Below, one piece after another: positions 18,317-29,200 of a stretch of DNA of 64,000 bases. Position 1 is the first letter of the stretch. Every line of letters begins with the position of its first letter. A program made the position numbers and the translations under genes. This DNA is from Planctomycetota bacterium (GTDB taxonomy: Bacteria; Planctomycetota; GCA-002687715; DRQF01). Location of the stretch: the NCBI GenBank assembly GCA_047639315.1, contig JBLINQ010000002.1, positions 6,634 to 70,633 of the forward strand. Reading direction: 5' to 3'. The notes below the pieces were generated by a model that searched no databases, was not told where the DNA came from, and saw only the letters and a list, made by a program, of their open reading frames with translations.

Positions 18317-18667
18317 CTAAACTTGCTGGGACTCGATATGACGACGAATCTTTTCGATGTAACGTGCGTAGATTTCAACGAATTCAACGCCCATTTCGAA
18401 GGTCCCGTTCAGGATTCGGCTGACGTGGACCACTTTTCCCGTGGCTTCGATGACATCGTCGCCTACAGCTAAGCTGAAGCGGAACCGCTCGCCCAAGGGG
18501 ATTGGCTCGGAAGCTTGGACCTTGATGCCGAATTCATTCAAATCCAAGGTCACTCCCAGGCCGAGAGTGCGATTGAGGTCGGTTTCGCCGACGTCCGTGT
18601 GAATGACTAAATGGCCAGAATCCAGTCGGTCTGCCACCCGGCGATCTCGTGGGATCTTGTCATTCAT
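18317..18667 (-). CDS. PilZ domain protein (putative c-di-GMP receptor)
   Basis: 116 aa with an N-terminal Arg-rich RxxxR-type motif (PRDRRVADR) and a later D-x-[SN]-x-x-G-like motif (DLNEFG). The beta-rich sequence has PilZ size. Confidence 0.5.
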   Translation of the reverse strand: MNDKIPRDRRVADRLDSGHLVIHTDVGETDLNRTLGLGVTLDLNEFGIKVQASEPIPLGERFRFSLAVGDDVIEATGKVVHVSRILNGTFEMGVEFVEIYARYIEKIRRHIESQQV

Positions 18668-18853
18668 AATCTTCTCGCTCCAGAATTAGCCAGGAAAGGA
18701 CAGGGCGGATGCCCAGCCCTGCTTCTTTTCTATCGGAAATTCGCGGCGAGTCCTTTAGGGCCAACGACTTAGCCCTGCCCTTCGGCGCGTCGCCCAGCTT
18801 TGGTAAAATTAGCTCAAGTGACCCTAGTTTTCTTGTTTCAAGGACTTACATCC

Positions 18854-20416
18854 ATGGTCAGGCAAATAACCCTGTCAATCGCCATCCTCTTGATGGCTCC
18901 TTTGATCGCTCTGGCGCAAGACGAAGATGACGCCATGATCCGAGAGTACGAGAAATTCGTCAAAAATAAGGGCGGTCAGACCGAGCTCAAGAACGACCCC
19001 GATTACCGGGCATCATTGGGGCGGCGCACGCGTCTGTCCACGGTGGTCAACGCTGCCGTCAGCGAACAAGAAAAGGCCTTGATTGGCACGAAGACAGATA
19101 TCGAAAATGTCATCACGCTTTACGCCTCACGGGCTCAGAGCCGTGGCAATGCCATTGACCATTACCTCTATGGTCGTATCCTCGGTCAAACGGGTGAATT
19201 GGATGAAGCCTACAGAGAATTCAAGACGGCCTTAGGGATCGACCGCTATCTCACATGGGCTTGGGATGGGTTGGGTGTTTATCACTCCAACAAGGAAAAC
19301 TGGCCCCAAGCAATTGAAAAATTCAAGCGAGTCATTCAGCTGTGGCCTGGTCACATCAAGGCAACTTTCGGCCTCGCGCAATGCTACTTTAGAATCAACA
19401 AATTCAATGAGGGTGTTGTTCGCCTCCAAGAGATCTTGTCGAATGAAGAGGTGCGGGATGATCCGCGCGCACTCCGGCAAACACGTCTTCTGATTTCTGA
19501 AGCATTTCGCAGTCAACGCAAGTTTACTGATGCCGTGGATATCTTGACTGATGTGATTGACACCGATGGTAATGACACACGAGTCTTGACCATGCGAGCT
19601 TGGTGTTCCCGGCGACTTGATCGTCATGAAGATGCAGCAAAAGACTATGAGGCCATTCTCGTCCTCGAGCCCAAGTCTCGCAGATTCTATGAACAACTTG
19701 CCGATAGCCGTTTGGCTCAAGGCCGAAACGCAGAAGCGATTCGTGTTTTAGAGCGTCTCCTTGTGCATGCTTCCGACGACCAGACAGCGTCTCAACTTGA
19801 GAAATACCACGAAGCCATTGTGCGGTTGAAGAAGAAACCAGCCAAAGAAGATCCGAAAGATCGAGACCCAACTCTCGATGACTACATCAACAACTTGGCC
19901 AACTCTCCCCACGAGGAGAAGCGCCGAGAAGCCGTGGTCGTCCTGTCAAAAGCGCCGCCAATGAAGCGTGACGATCCACGGGCCAAAATCTTGCGCAAAG
20001 CATTTATCACCGCTCTTCGAGATGTTGATCACGTGGTTCGCTGTATTGCATTAGAGCAAATGAATGTTCGTTTTGGCGACGAGAGAGTCCTCAACGTCAC
20101 CAAGCTCTTTGCCAATCAAAAGCACGAGAAGGACCCGCGTGTTCGTGGTATGGCAAACCACATTCTTCAGGATTATCCACCAAAAATGGTGACCCCTTCC
20201 CTGATTATGTCGATGAAAACCGAGACCGACGTTTATGCGTTTAGGCGTATCCATGAGAGTCTCAATGCGACAACCTTGGCTTGGATCGAGCGAGTGATTC
20301 CCAACGATCTGGAAATCGTGGACATAGTTCGAATTCGCAATCAGTGGCTTGCGTGGTACAAGCGCAACCGCGACCTCTACCGCAAGCACGAGCCCAAGGA
20401 CTTCGATTTGAAGTAA
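18854..20416 (+). CDS. secreted TPR + HEAT repeat protein
   Basis: Signal peptide MVRQITLSIAILLMAPLIALAQ from ATG 18854. The middle is TPR-like (YREFKTALGIDRYLTWAWDGLGVYH..., AIEKFKRVIQLWPGH...). The C-terminal part is HEAT-like (EEKRREAVVVLS..., HVVRCIALEQM, DPRVRGMANHIL). Confidence 0.6.
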   Translation: MVRQITLSIAILLMAPLIALAQDEDDAMIREYEKFVKNKGGQTELKNDPDYRASLGRRTRLSTVVNAAVSEQEKALIGTKTDIENVITLYASRAQSRGNAIDHYLYGRILGQTGELDEAYREFKTALGIDRYLTWAWDGLGVYHSNKENWPQAIEKFKRVIQLWPGHIKATFGLAQCYFRINKFNEGVVRLQEILSNEEVRDDPRALRQTRLLISEAFRSQRKFTDAVDILTDVIDTDGNDTRVLTMRAWCSRRLDRHEDAAKDYEAILVLEPKSRRFYEQLADSRLAQGRNAEAIRVLERLLVHASDDQTASQLEKYHEAIVRLKKKPAKEDPKDRDPTLDDYINNLANSPHEEKRREAVVVLSKAPPMKRDDPRAKILRKAFITALRDVDHVVRCIALEQMNVRFGDERVLNVTKLFANQKHEKDPRVRGMANHILQDYPPKMVTPSLIMSMKTETDVYAFRRIHESLNATTLAWIERVIPNDLEIVDIVRIRNQWLAWYKRNRDLYRKHEPKDFDLK

Positions 20417-20498
20417 ATTCGACGCCGATCGCTCATCGAGGCTGAATCGGCTTGAATTGAAATTCATCAGTGAAAGACACAATCCGAGGAAACACACC

Positions 20499-21500
20499 AT
20501 GAGTCAGGGCGATACTATTCTTGTTGTAGGCGGTGCCGGCTATATCGGCAGTCATTGTCTTTGGGAATTACGGCAACGCGGATTCAAAACGCTCTGCTAC
20601 GACAATCTTTCAGAAGGACATCGTGCCGCCTGTGGCGACACGCCTTTTATCGAAGGTAGTCTCGACGACGAGGCCAAACTCGATAAACTCTTCGCCGAGC
20701 ATGATATCCGCGCGGTCTTTCACTTTGCTGCACACTGCTATGTTGGTGAGTCTTGCGAAGACCCAGAGAAGTACTACTTCAACAACGTCGGATCGACTCT
20801 GGTGCTCCTACGTGCCATGCGTCGTGCTGGCGTGATGCGCTTCATCTTCTCGTCGACGGCCGCTACGTTTGGCAATCCCGTACACGACACCATCGACGAA
20901 GCTCATCCACAAGATCCTATTAATCCTTACGGCCGCACGAAGCTCATGATCGAGCATATCCTGAAGGATTACCAATCGGCTTATGGCATGGAGCATGTGA
21001 TCTTGCGCTACTTCAATGCTGCCGGCGCAGCTGAAGGTGGAGTGATTGGCGAAGATCACGAGCCAGAGACTCATTTGATTCCTTTGGTTCTCAAGGTCGC
21101 CCTCGGTCAACGTGATGACATCAAGATGTTTGGTGACGACTACGAGACCATCGATGGCACTTGTGTTCGTGATTACATTCACATCCTTGACTTGGCAGAT
21201 GCTCATATCAAAGGTCTTGAGTACTTAGAGGGTGGTGGCGTGAGCTCAGCCTTCAATCTCGGTAACGGAACCGGCTATTCTGTGCGCGAGGTTATCGACA
21301 CCGTCGCTAAGGTCACAGGAAAGCCCATCAAGAGCGAGGCCGTTGCTCGTCGTGCTGGCGATCCGGCTATCTTGATTGCTGACTACAAAAGAGCGCAAGA
21401 AGTGCTCAACTGGAAGCCCAAGTATGGTGACCTCGAGACGATCGTTCGCACAGCTTGGGAATGGGCTGAATCGCATCCAAATGGTTATGGCGATCGCTAA
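20499..21500 (+). CDS. galE: UDP-glucose 4-epimerase
   Basis: GGAGYIGSH Rossmann motif, the YGRTK catalytic YxxxK, and a typical GalE C-terminus. ATG 20499 has GAGGA 8 nt upstream. Confidence 0.85.
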   Translation: MSQGDTILVVGGAGYIGSHCLWELRQRGFKTLCYDNLSEGHRAACGDTPFIEGSLDDEAKLDKLFAEHDIRAVFHFAAHCYVGESCEDPEKYYFNNVGSTLVLLRAMRRAGVMRFIFSSTAATFGNPVHDTIDEAHPQDPINPYGRTKLMIEHILKDYQSAYGMEHVILRYFNAAGAAEGGVIGEDHEPETHLIPLVLKVALGQRDDIKMFGDDYETIDGTCVRDYIHILDLADAHIKGLEYLEGGGVSSAFNLGNGTGYSVREVIDTVAKVTGKPIKSEAVARRAGDPAILIADYKRAQEVLNWKPKYGDLETIVRTAWEWAESHPNGYGDR

Positions 21501-23057
21501 ATGAGAGCGCCCTTAGATCCAATAAAGAAGTCTCTGCCTCTGCTTTGTGCAGTTCTTCTCACGGCGCTGGTCGCTTGTGGTGAAGCAGCTCACAAGCAGG
21601 TTCCTGGCCCCCAGGTGTCCGCTTCTTCGAATTCGGATCATAGTCAATCGCCTCCTGTGACGGTTGAAAAGCCGAGGTTGGTCCCTCAATCCCAGATACA
21701 AGATCTTCGTAGTCGCGTCGGCCGGGAGATTTCACGGTTAGGCGGCAAGGTCGAGTCTTCTGTGATGATCATGGATGTCTCGACCAAGCAAGTGCTCTTC
21801 GGCCACCGGCAAACGATGGAAGAGATTCCAGCGTCGAACATGAAACTGATCTTAGGGGCTGTTGTCGTTGATCAACTCGGACTCGACCATCGCCTCAAGA
21901 CCAGGTTTGCCATGGACGGCACGATGGAAGCTGGGGTCCTCAGCGGTGACTTGGTCGTCATCGGTGGCGGTGACCCGACTTTCAGTGCGCGTTTCTTTGA
22001 CGGTGACCCAACTCGTCCCATGGAAGTCTTGGCCGAAGCCTTGATCGATCAAGGCTTGACCAGGATCGATGGCCGAATCCTTGCCGATGGACGGGCATTT
22101 GTTGGGCCACGCACAGGGCCCGCTTGGCCCAAGGACGCGGTCTGGAAGACCTATATGGTCGATGTGCGCCCACTGGTCTTCAATGACAATCAGACGACAT
22201 TCAAACTACGTACCGTGGCAGGCAAACCACGCGTTCGGCCCTTTCCGGATATCGGCTACGTGAAGGTCAAGAACAAGTTGTCCTTGACCAACAACAAGAA
22301 GAGCCATTCTGTCGACGTAAGGCGAGGGAATCACAGTAACGACTTCTCTGTTCTTGGTCGTTTGTGGCGCAAAGGAGCTGGATTTGAGACCAAAGCAAAT
22401 GTACACAACGGCTCCCTCTATTTTGTTCACGCATTGCATCGGGCCCTGCGCAATAAAGGTGTCGTTGTCGAGGGTGGGGTCGGTGCTGTTGAATCCGATT
22501 TTGATGTTTCTTCCTTAGACGACCTAATGGTCTACACGTCAAAACTTGAACGCACATTGGCGCCGATGCTCAAGTACTCCCAGAACCTCTATGCTGAGTT
22601 GGTCCTCCGTGTCCTGGGCAATGAGCTTCAAGGTGAAGGTAGTTTTGAAGGCGGGACGACGGCGCTGACGGCTTGGCTCCAAGAGCGCGGAATCTTGGAA
22701 GAGGGCACAGTCATCGCTGACGGCAGTGGGCTGTCGCGCAAGAACAAGGTGAGCGCTCAACAGATGGTGAAGGCCCTCGTTGAAGTGGCTCAAGAAGAGG
22801 AAAAGCGCGACCAATTCTGTGAGTTGTTGGCGCAACCGAAACGCCCTGGCACTCTGAACCGCCGGATGAATAAACTCGAAGGCCGAGTCTTCGCCAAGAC
22901 CGGGACGATGAGTGGAATCAGCGCCCTTAGCGGCTACGTGAAAATCGCCCCCAAGCGCTATGTGGCATTCTCTGTTCTCTGCAATCACGCCCAAATTTCT
23001 CGGGCTCGGAAAGCCCAAGATGCCATCTGTGCGGCCATTGCTGGGCTACGTCCATGA
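21501..23057 (+). CDS. dacB: D-alanyl-D-alanine carboxypeptidase/endopeptidase (PBP4, peptidase S13)
   Basis: Signal/lipoprotein-like N-terminus (LLTALVACG). Motifs are SxxK (PASNMKL), SxN-like (DGSGLS) and KTG (AKTGTMSGISALSGY). Confidence 0.8.
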   Translation: MRAPLDPIKKSLPLLCAVLLTALVACGEAAHKQVPGPQVSASSNSDHSQSPPVTVEKPRLVPQSQIQDLRSRVGREISRLGGKVESSVMIMDVSTKQVLFGHRQTMEEIPASNMKLILGAVVVDQLGLDHRLKTRFAMDGTMEAGVLSGDLVVIGGGDPTFSARFFDGDPTRPMEVLAEALIDQGLTRIDGRILADGRAFVGPRTGPAWPKDAVWKTYMVDVRPLVFNDNQTTFKLRTVAGKPRVRPFPDIGYVKVKNKLSLTNNKKSHSVDVRRGNHSNDFSVLGRLWRKGAGFETKANVHNGSLYFVHALHRALRNKGVVVEGGVGAVESDFDVSSLDDLMVYTSKLERTLAPMLKYSQNLYAELVLRVLGNELQGEGSFEGGTTALTAWLQERGILEEGTVIADGSGLSRKNKVSAQQMVKALVEVAQEEEKRDQFCELLAQPKRPGTLNRRMNKLEGRVFAKTGTMSGISALSGYVKIAPKRYVAFSVLCNHAQISRARKAQDAICAAIAGLRP

Positions 23058-24430
23058 GCTCTGGCGGCCTATTTGACGACGAATTCGAAGAATCCGAGGC
23101 AAGTGTAGATTCTCAGCCTTTGGCTGAAAGAATGCGCCCGGTAGACTTTGAAGACATTGTCGGCCAAGACGAATTGATCGCCAAGGGTTCTCTTCTGCGC
23201 GATTTGATCGATCAAGATCACGTCCCGTCCATGATCCTGTGGGGGCCGCCGGGCGTTGGCAAAACAACGATAGCTCGCGTCATTTCGAAACGCACCGGCC
23301 TCAAGTTTGTCGCTTTCAGTGCGGTGCTCTCCGGAGTCAAGCAGGTGCGCGAAGTCGTGGCAGAAGCGCGCTACCAAAGACAAGCAGAGGGCATTGGGAC
23401 CATTCTCTTTGTTGATGAGATCCATCGTTTCAACAAGAGTCAGCAGGACGCATTTCTTCCTCATGTCGAAGATGGCACGATCGTGCTCATCGGTGCCACA
23501 ACAGAAAACCCGTCCTTTGCACTGAATGCAGCTCTTTTGTCTCGCTGTCAACTTTTCACTTTGGCGCCCCTCAACGCGAATAGCATAGAAGCACTGATCC
23601 GCCGAGCCCTGGCCGAGCCGACTCGTCATGATTTGCCCGAGGGCGTCAGCTTGACCGATGGTGCGATCGAATCTCTGGTGAAGCGGTCAGCCAAAGATGC
23701 ACGGAGTAGCCTTAATGCTCTCGAGGCCTTACTCATGAGAGAAGAGGCGAGAGGACACTTGGGTAAGAAACTCTTAGATGCAGCTTATGTCGAGCGCGCC
23801 TTGAATGAAGGCCGTCTCCGATACGATCGCTCTGGTGAAGACCACTTCAACGTCATGAGCGCTTTTCACAAGTCCATGCGTGGTGGAGATCCTCAAGCAT
23901 CCCTTTACTGGATGGTGCGCATGCTCAATGCCGGCGAAGATCCACTTTGGGTCGCTCGACGCATCATCCGCTTCGCCTCCGAGGACGTTGGTCTCGCTGA
24001 CCCCAACGCCCTGACATTTGCCCTGGCGGCGCGAGAGAGTTTTCACGTCATGGGGTCACCGGAAGGGGAGTTGGCTTTAGCGCAGGCAGCGGTCTACATG
24101 GCAACGGCTCCTAAGTCGAACGCCATCTACGCCGCCTACAATGCTGTGAAGAAAGACATCAAATCAGGGGAGGTCTTCGAAGTGCCGCACTATTTGCGCA
24201 ACGCTCCAACCGCCCACATGAAAGAGATCGGCTACGGACAGGGTTACAAATATCCCCACGACTTCGACGAAGCTGTCGTAGATCAGGATTATTTGCCTTC
24301 TGAAAAGAAGGGTACGATATACTTCGATCCTTCCCCCTTCGGCTACGAGAAGGACATTTCGGTTCGAATGGACTGGTGGAAGCAGCAAAGAGAAAAGGTC
24401 CGATGGCAGAAACCGAAGAAATCGAACTGA
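23054..24430 (+). CDS. rarA: replication-associated recombination protein A (AAA+ ATPase)
   Basis: Walker A GPPGVGKTT, Walker B LFVDEIHRFNK, and the C-terminal MgsA motifs HFNVMSAFHKSMRGGDPQASLYW...YKYPHDF. Confidence 0.9.
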   Translation: MSSGGLFDDEFEESEASVDSQPLAERMRPVDFEDIVGQDELIAKGSLLRDLIDQDHVPSMILWGPPGVGKTTIARVISKRTGLKFVAFSAVLSGVKQVREVVAEARYQRQAEGIGTILFVDEIHRFNKSQQDAFLPHVEDGTIVLIGATTENPSFALNAALLSRCQLFTLAPLNANSIEALIRRALAEPTRHDLPEGVSLTDGAIESLVKRSAKDARSSLNALEALLMREEARGHLGKKLLDAAYVERALNEGRLRYDRSGEDHFNVMSAFHKSMRGGDPQASLYWMVRMLNAGEDPLWVARRIIRFASEDVGLADPNALTFALAARESFHVMGSPEGELALAQAAVYMATAPKSNAIYAAYNAVKKDIKSGEVFEVPHYLRNAPTAHMKEIGYGQGYKYPHDFDEAVVDQDYLPSEKKGTIYFDPSPFGYEKDISVRMDWWKQQREKVRWQKPKKSN

Positions 24431-25227
24431 TTCTCCTGCACATGGAGCGGATCGCCCGAGCCGCCGGCGTCATCCTCATGGATCATCTTGGCCAACTAAA
24501 GGCCGAAGATGTCGACTTCAAGGGCAGTCGTGACTTACTGACCAAGGCCGATCGCACTTCCGAAGAGTTCATTGTCGCCGAAATTCAGCGCATTTTTCCG
24601 AATCACGACTGTCTTGCGGAAGAATCTGGCGATCACAGCGGTTCTAATCCCGCGGAGGACGGATTCCTTTGGATTGTCGACCCTCTGGATGGCACAACGA
24701 ACTTCGTTCACCAGATTCCGATGTTTGCGGTGTCGCTCGGAGTCCTGCACCAGGGAATCCCTGTGGCTGGATGCGTTTTTGCTCCTCGCTTAGATGAACT
24801 GTTCTTGGCGGGGCAAGGGCTTGGGACAACACTGAATGGGGTCTCAGTCGAAGTGAGTAAGACGACTGAGATGATCGATGCGATGCTCTCAACGGGTTTT
24901 GCTTATAAAATTGATACTCTCGAAGACGACAATTTGGATCATTTCGCCCGCCTGATTAAGAAGACTCGGGCCATTCGCCGTTGTGGCAGCGCCGCTTTGG
25001 ATATGGCCTATACGGCTTGCGGGCGATTCGACGGTTTTTGGGAATTGCATCTATCCCCTTGGGATGTTGCAGGTGGCGCGGTGTTGATCCGCGAGGCTGG
25101 TGGCGAGGTCACCGACTTGGATGGCGGTGAAAATTGGTTGTACGGTGGTGAGATCGTCGCCGGAAATGCCACCTTGGCGCAGGCTCTGCGGCAAGAACTC
25201 AGGAAAGCGGGAGAGAAGCAGCGATGA
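24403..25227 (+). CDS. inositol monophosphatase family protein (SuhB-like)
   Basis: IMPase motifs CLAEESG and WIVDPLDGTTNF, plus the C-terminal WDVAGGAVLIREAGG. The start is uncertain (ATG 24403 or 24442). Confidence 0.8.
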   Translation: MAETEEIELILLHMERIARAAGVILMDHLGQLKAEDVDFKGSRDLLTKADRTSEEFIVAEIQRIFPNHDCLAEESGDHSGSNPAEDGFLWIVDPLDGTTNFVHQIPMFAVSLGVLHQGIPVAGCVFAPRLDELFLAGQGLGTTLNGVSVEVSKTTEMIDAMLSTGFAYKIDTLEDDNLDHFARLIKKTRAIRRCGSAALDMAYTACGRFDGFWELHLSPWDVAGGAVLIREAGGEVTDLDGGENWLYGGEIVAGNATLAQALRQELRKAGEKQR

Positions 25228-25628
25228 AAGTCCTATTCCTTTGCACAGGTAATTCATGCCGCAGTCAGATGGCTGAAGGTTTTGGCCGCGCCCTTATGGC
25301 CAAAGGGCACCGCGTCTTCTCCGCGGGTACTGATCCTCAGGGAATCAACCCGCGAACCATCGTCTCGATGGCCGAGTGCGGCATCGACATTGCCGAACAA
25401 GAATCAAACAACGTGAACGAAATTCCGATTTCAGAATTGGATCTCGTCGTTTCCATGTGCGGGCATGCCCAAGAAAACTATCCTGATGAACTGGCTGATG
25501 TTGAACACATCCATTGGCCACTTCCAGACCCAGCGGATGCCAGCGGAGATGAAGAAGAGATCATGCGGTCTTTTGCAGAAATTCGTAATGACATTCGTAA
25601 TCGAGTCGAAGAACTTCTTAATTCCTAA
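25224..25628 (+). CDS. arsC: arsenate reductase, LMW-PTPase family
   Basis: P-loop VLFLCTGNSCRSQMAEG and 134 aa. It has a 4-nt overlap with the upstream gene. Confidence 0.8.
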   Translation: MKVLFLCTGNSCRSQMAEGFGRALMAKGHRVFSAGTDPQGINPRTIVSMAECGIDIAEQESNNVNEIPISELDLVVSMCGHAQENYPDELADVEHIHWPLPDPADASGDEEEIMRSFAEIRNDIRNRVEELLNS

Positions 25629-26214
25629 GTCGCTCTCATGACGCCCCGTTCAGCTGCGTGATGCGACATTCTGTCCGCTGGAAGTCACCCAATTTCCTGC
25701 ACGCTCCCAGCATTCGATAACCTCTATTGTTCCAAAGTCTCATTGGCCTTCACAAGAGGGTGTTCACACTATCCACACGCGGAAAATTTCATGAACGAAT
25801 CGTGAGAAGCAGAATCTGTGAACAGATCCACGATTGAGTAAAATCTACATTTGATTTTTTTGTGGGGAATTCTCCCGTTTTGGAAGAAAGAAAAAGCCGA
25901 TCGATCGAAGGCTCAGCTATCGGTTCTACATTAAAAGAATTTGATATTTGTGACCGAGTGAGTCCTTCGAAAGATCGATGCTTCTCGACCGGAGTCGTTT
26001 GCATTTAAGTCTTCGACAACATTCGGGGAACACTTGAATAGATTCCCATTAATCTGCATGCTTCTGAATCTTTGGGTTCGACTTGCGGCCCCTAAGTGAC
26101 GATTAGTCCTGCGTTCGTGCCCTTTGTTCGCAACCGCTAAGCTGCATATTATCGTTAGTTTCACCCTCTTTGCTCGATCAACACAAACGGCATCCGTCCG
26201 GAGTTCAAAATCCC

Positions 26215-29200
26215 ATGGGTCATAGTCAGATTGTTGTCCGGGGAGCCCGGGAAAATAATTTGAAAAACGTCAACGTTTCGATCCCTCGTGGCTCGTTGAC
26301 GACTGTGACTGGCGTGTCTGGGTCTGGCAAATCATCCCTCGCATTCGATACGATTCACAACGAAGGACAGCGTCGCTTTCTCGAGTCTTTGTCTTCGTAT
26401 GCACGTCAATTTCTCGGACAAATTGAGAAGCCTGCTGTCGACCATATCGACGGGCTCTCACCGACCGTTTCGATCGATCAAAAAACAGTAAACCGCAACC
26501 CAAGGTCGACTGTTGGCACAGTGACCGAGGTCTATGATCATCTGCGTTTGCTCTTTGCACGATTAGGAACTCCGTATTGTCCGGAGACCGGCGAGGAGAT
26601 TCGACCACAGACGGCGGATCAAATTCGCGATCGTCTGTTGAAGGAAAAAGATGGGCGATCCGTGATGGTCATGGCACCCATCGTGAAAGATCGGAAGGGT
26701 GAGTACCGCAAGGAGCTCGAAGATCTTCGTCTTGCAGGCTATTTGCGAGTCCGTATCGACGGTGAGTTGTTGAGGCTCGATGAAGAGATCAAGCTGGCAC
26801 GCTACGTCAGGCATACGATCGAAGTCGTGGTCGATCGACTCAAGGTCGGCAAAGATAAAGCCAGCCGTTTAGCAGAGGCCATTGAGCAGGCATTGAAGCT
26901 CGGCTCCGGTCTTATTGGCATTCTGGATGGCGATGAGCATGCGACGTTCTCATCAAAAATGGTGTCCTTGGCCACTTCTCGCACATTCCCCGATCTTGAG
27001 CCGAGGCTGTTCTCGTTCAACTCTCCGCACGGGGCCTGCGCCAATTGCGACGGATTAGGCATCCTTCATGATGCTGACGAAGATCTGATTGTCCCGGAGC
27101 CAGAAATGAGCATAGCTGATGGTGCTCTTGCACCACTCGGCTCGTCCCAACTGCGCGACTACGGCAATGTCTCGATGTTGAGTTTGCCGAGCATCGCCAA
27201 GCACTACGGCTTCCAGATGGACCAACCTTGGTCTGAAATCGATGCCGATGTTCGCCATGCGATCCTTTATGGTTCCGACGGTGAAGTCCTGCAGCTCAAG
27301 GTGGACTACCAAGGGAAGAACTGGCAGCTGAAGTCTTCGAAGAAGAAGCCTCTGCTCGGACTCATTCCTGGGCTTCGCGACGCCTTTGAGGCGAAGCCGC
27401 ACAAATATATGGAGCGCTTCTTTGCCAATGTCGATTGCAAGACATGCAATGGCAGCAGGCTCAATGAATTCGCTCGTGCCGTTCGCTTTCGAGATCGTGG
27501 TATTGCCGATCTCACGATTGCCAGCATTGAAGAGTTGGCCGCATTCTTCGAATCCATTGAGTTTGAGGGCAATGATGAGTTAATTGGCCGCCCGATTCTC
27601 AAGGAGCTGCTCAGTCGCCTGAAATTCCTTGGTTCTGTCGGCTTGGGCTATCTTAATCTCAATCGAAGTGCCGCAACTCTCTCAGGTGGCGAGTCGCAGC
27701 GGATTCGTTTGGCGACTCAAGTTGGTTCGAGGTTGAAGGGCATTCTCTATGTCCTCGATGAACCAAGTATCGGACTCCATGCCCGTGACAATGCACGTCT
27801 CATCAAGACACTTGAGGAGCTGCGAGATTTAGGCAACACCGTCCTTGTCGTCGAACATGACCAAGAGATGATGGAGCGTTCTGATTTCATAATCGATGTC
27901 GGTCCCGACGCCGGTGTTCACGGTGGTGAGGTGATTAGCGCAGGCACCTATCGTGAGCTACTTGAGGCGGAGGGCTCAGCAACCGGCGATTATCTATCCG
28001 GACGCCGCGTTGTTCCGATGCCAAAGCAGAGGCGCGTCGCACAAGAGGGGCGTCTTTCTGTTCTTGGTGCCCATCATCACAACCTCAAGAAGATCGATGT
28101 GTCTTTTCCTGTCGGCCTATTCTCGGTGGTGACCGGGGTTTCTGGTTCTGGCAAGAGCACGTTGATTGACGACATCTTGAAGCGGGCTCTGAGTGCCCAT
28201 TATCACGGTGCGAAGCAGAAACCTGGCCCACACCGCGCGATTGAAGGATTAGAGCATTTCGACAAGGTTATCGAAATTGACCAAAGTCCAATTGGCAGAA
28301 CACCACGGTCGAACCCAGCTACCTATACCAAGGTATGGGATCCGATCCGCGAACTCTTCGCCAAAGTCGGAGAAGCTAAGACGCGAGGATATGCCAAGGG
28401 ACGCTTTTCCTTCAATGTCGTCGGCGGACGATGTGAGGCATGCTCCGGAGCCGGTGTGAAAACCGTGTCGATGCAGTTCTTGCCCGATATCGAAGTCATC
28501 TGTGATGAATGTGCAGGACAACGCTTCAACGAAGAGACTCTCGAGATTACCTATCGAGATAAGAGCATTTTCGATGTTCTTGAGATGACAGTCGAAGACG
28601 CCACTGAGTTCTTCGTCAATCATCCCAAGATCAAGCGCATCTTTGATGCCTTGCTGTCAGTCGGCTTGGGTTACATTCGCCTGGGCCAAACGGCCACGAC
28701 ACTCTCGGGTGGCGAGGCGCAACGCGTCAAACTGGCGAGTGAGTTGCGTCGCCCAGCCACCGGTCGCACGCTTTACTTGTTGGATGAACCAACCACCGGG
28801 CTTCATTTTCAAGACGTAGAGAAGTTGCTTGAAGCGCTCCAAGGGCTGGTTGAGTCGGGCAACACAGTGATTGTCGTTGAGCACAATCTTGATGTCGTCA
28901 AAGTGGCTGATTGGATTATCGATCTTGGTCCAGAGGGTGGTGATGGCGGTGGCGAAGTCATCTTCCAAGGACCATTCGACAAGATCCTCAAGATCAAGAG
29001 ATCTTATACCGGCCAAGCGCTGAAGAACCACCTCTCGCCACGCAAGTTGAACCGCCGCAAACGCAAAGTGCCGCAAGACATGAGTGTGACCGGTGCCTTG
29101 ATCATTGAAGGTGCATCGACAAATAACTTGAAAGCGGTCGACGTGACCATTCCGACCGGAAGCTTCTCAGTCATCACCGGTCCCTCGGGCAGTGGCAAGA

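Noticed and set aside
25789-26164. Two small minus-strand ORFs (71 and 77 aa) in the long spacer upstream of uvrA
   Set aside because: They have low-complexity, unconserved-looking sequences, overlap each other, and lack a ribosome-binding site or family signature. The region is treated as noncoding or regulatory instead.
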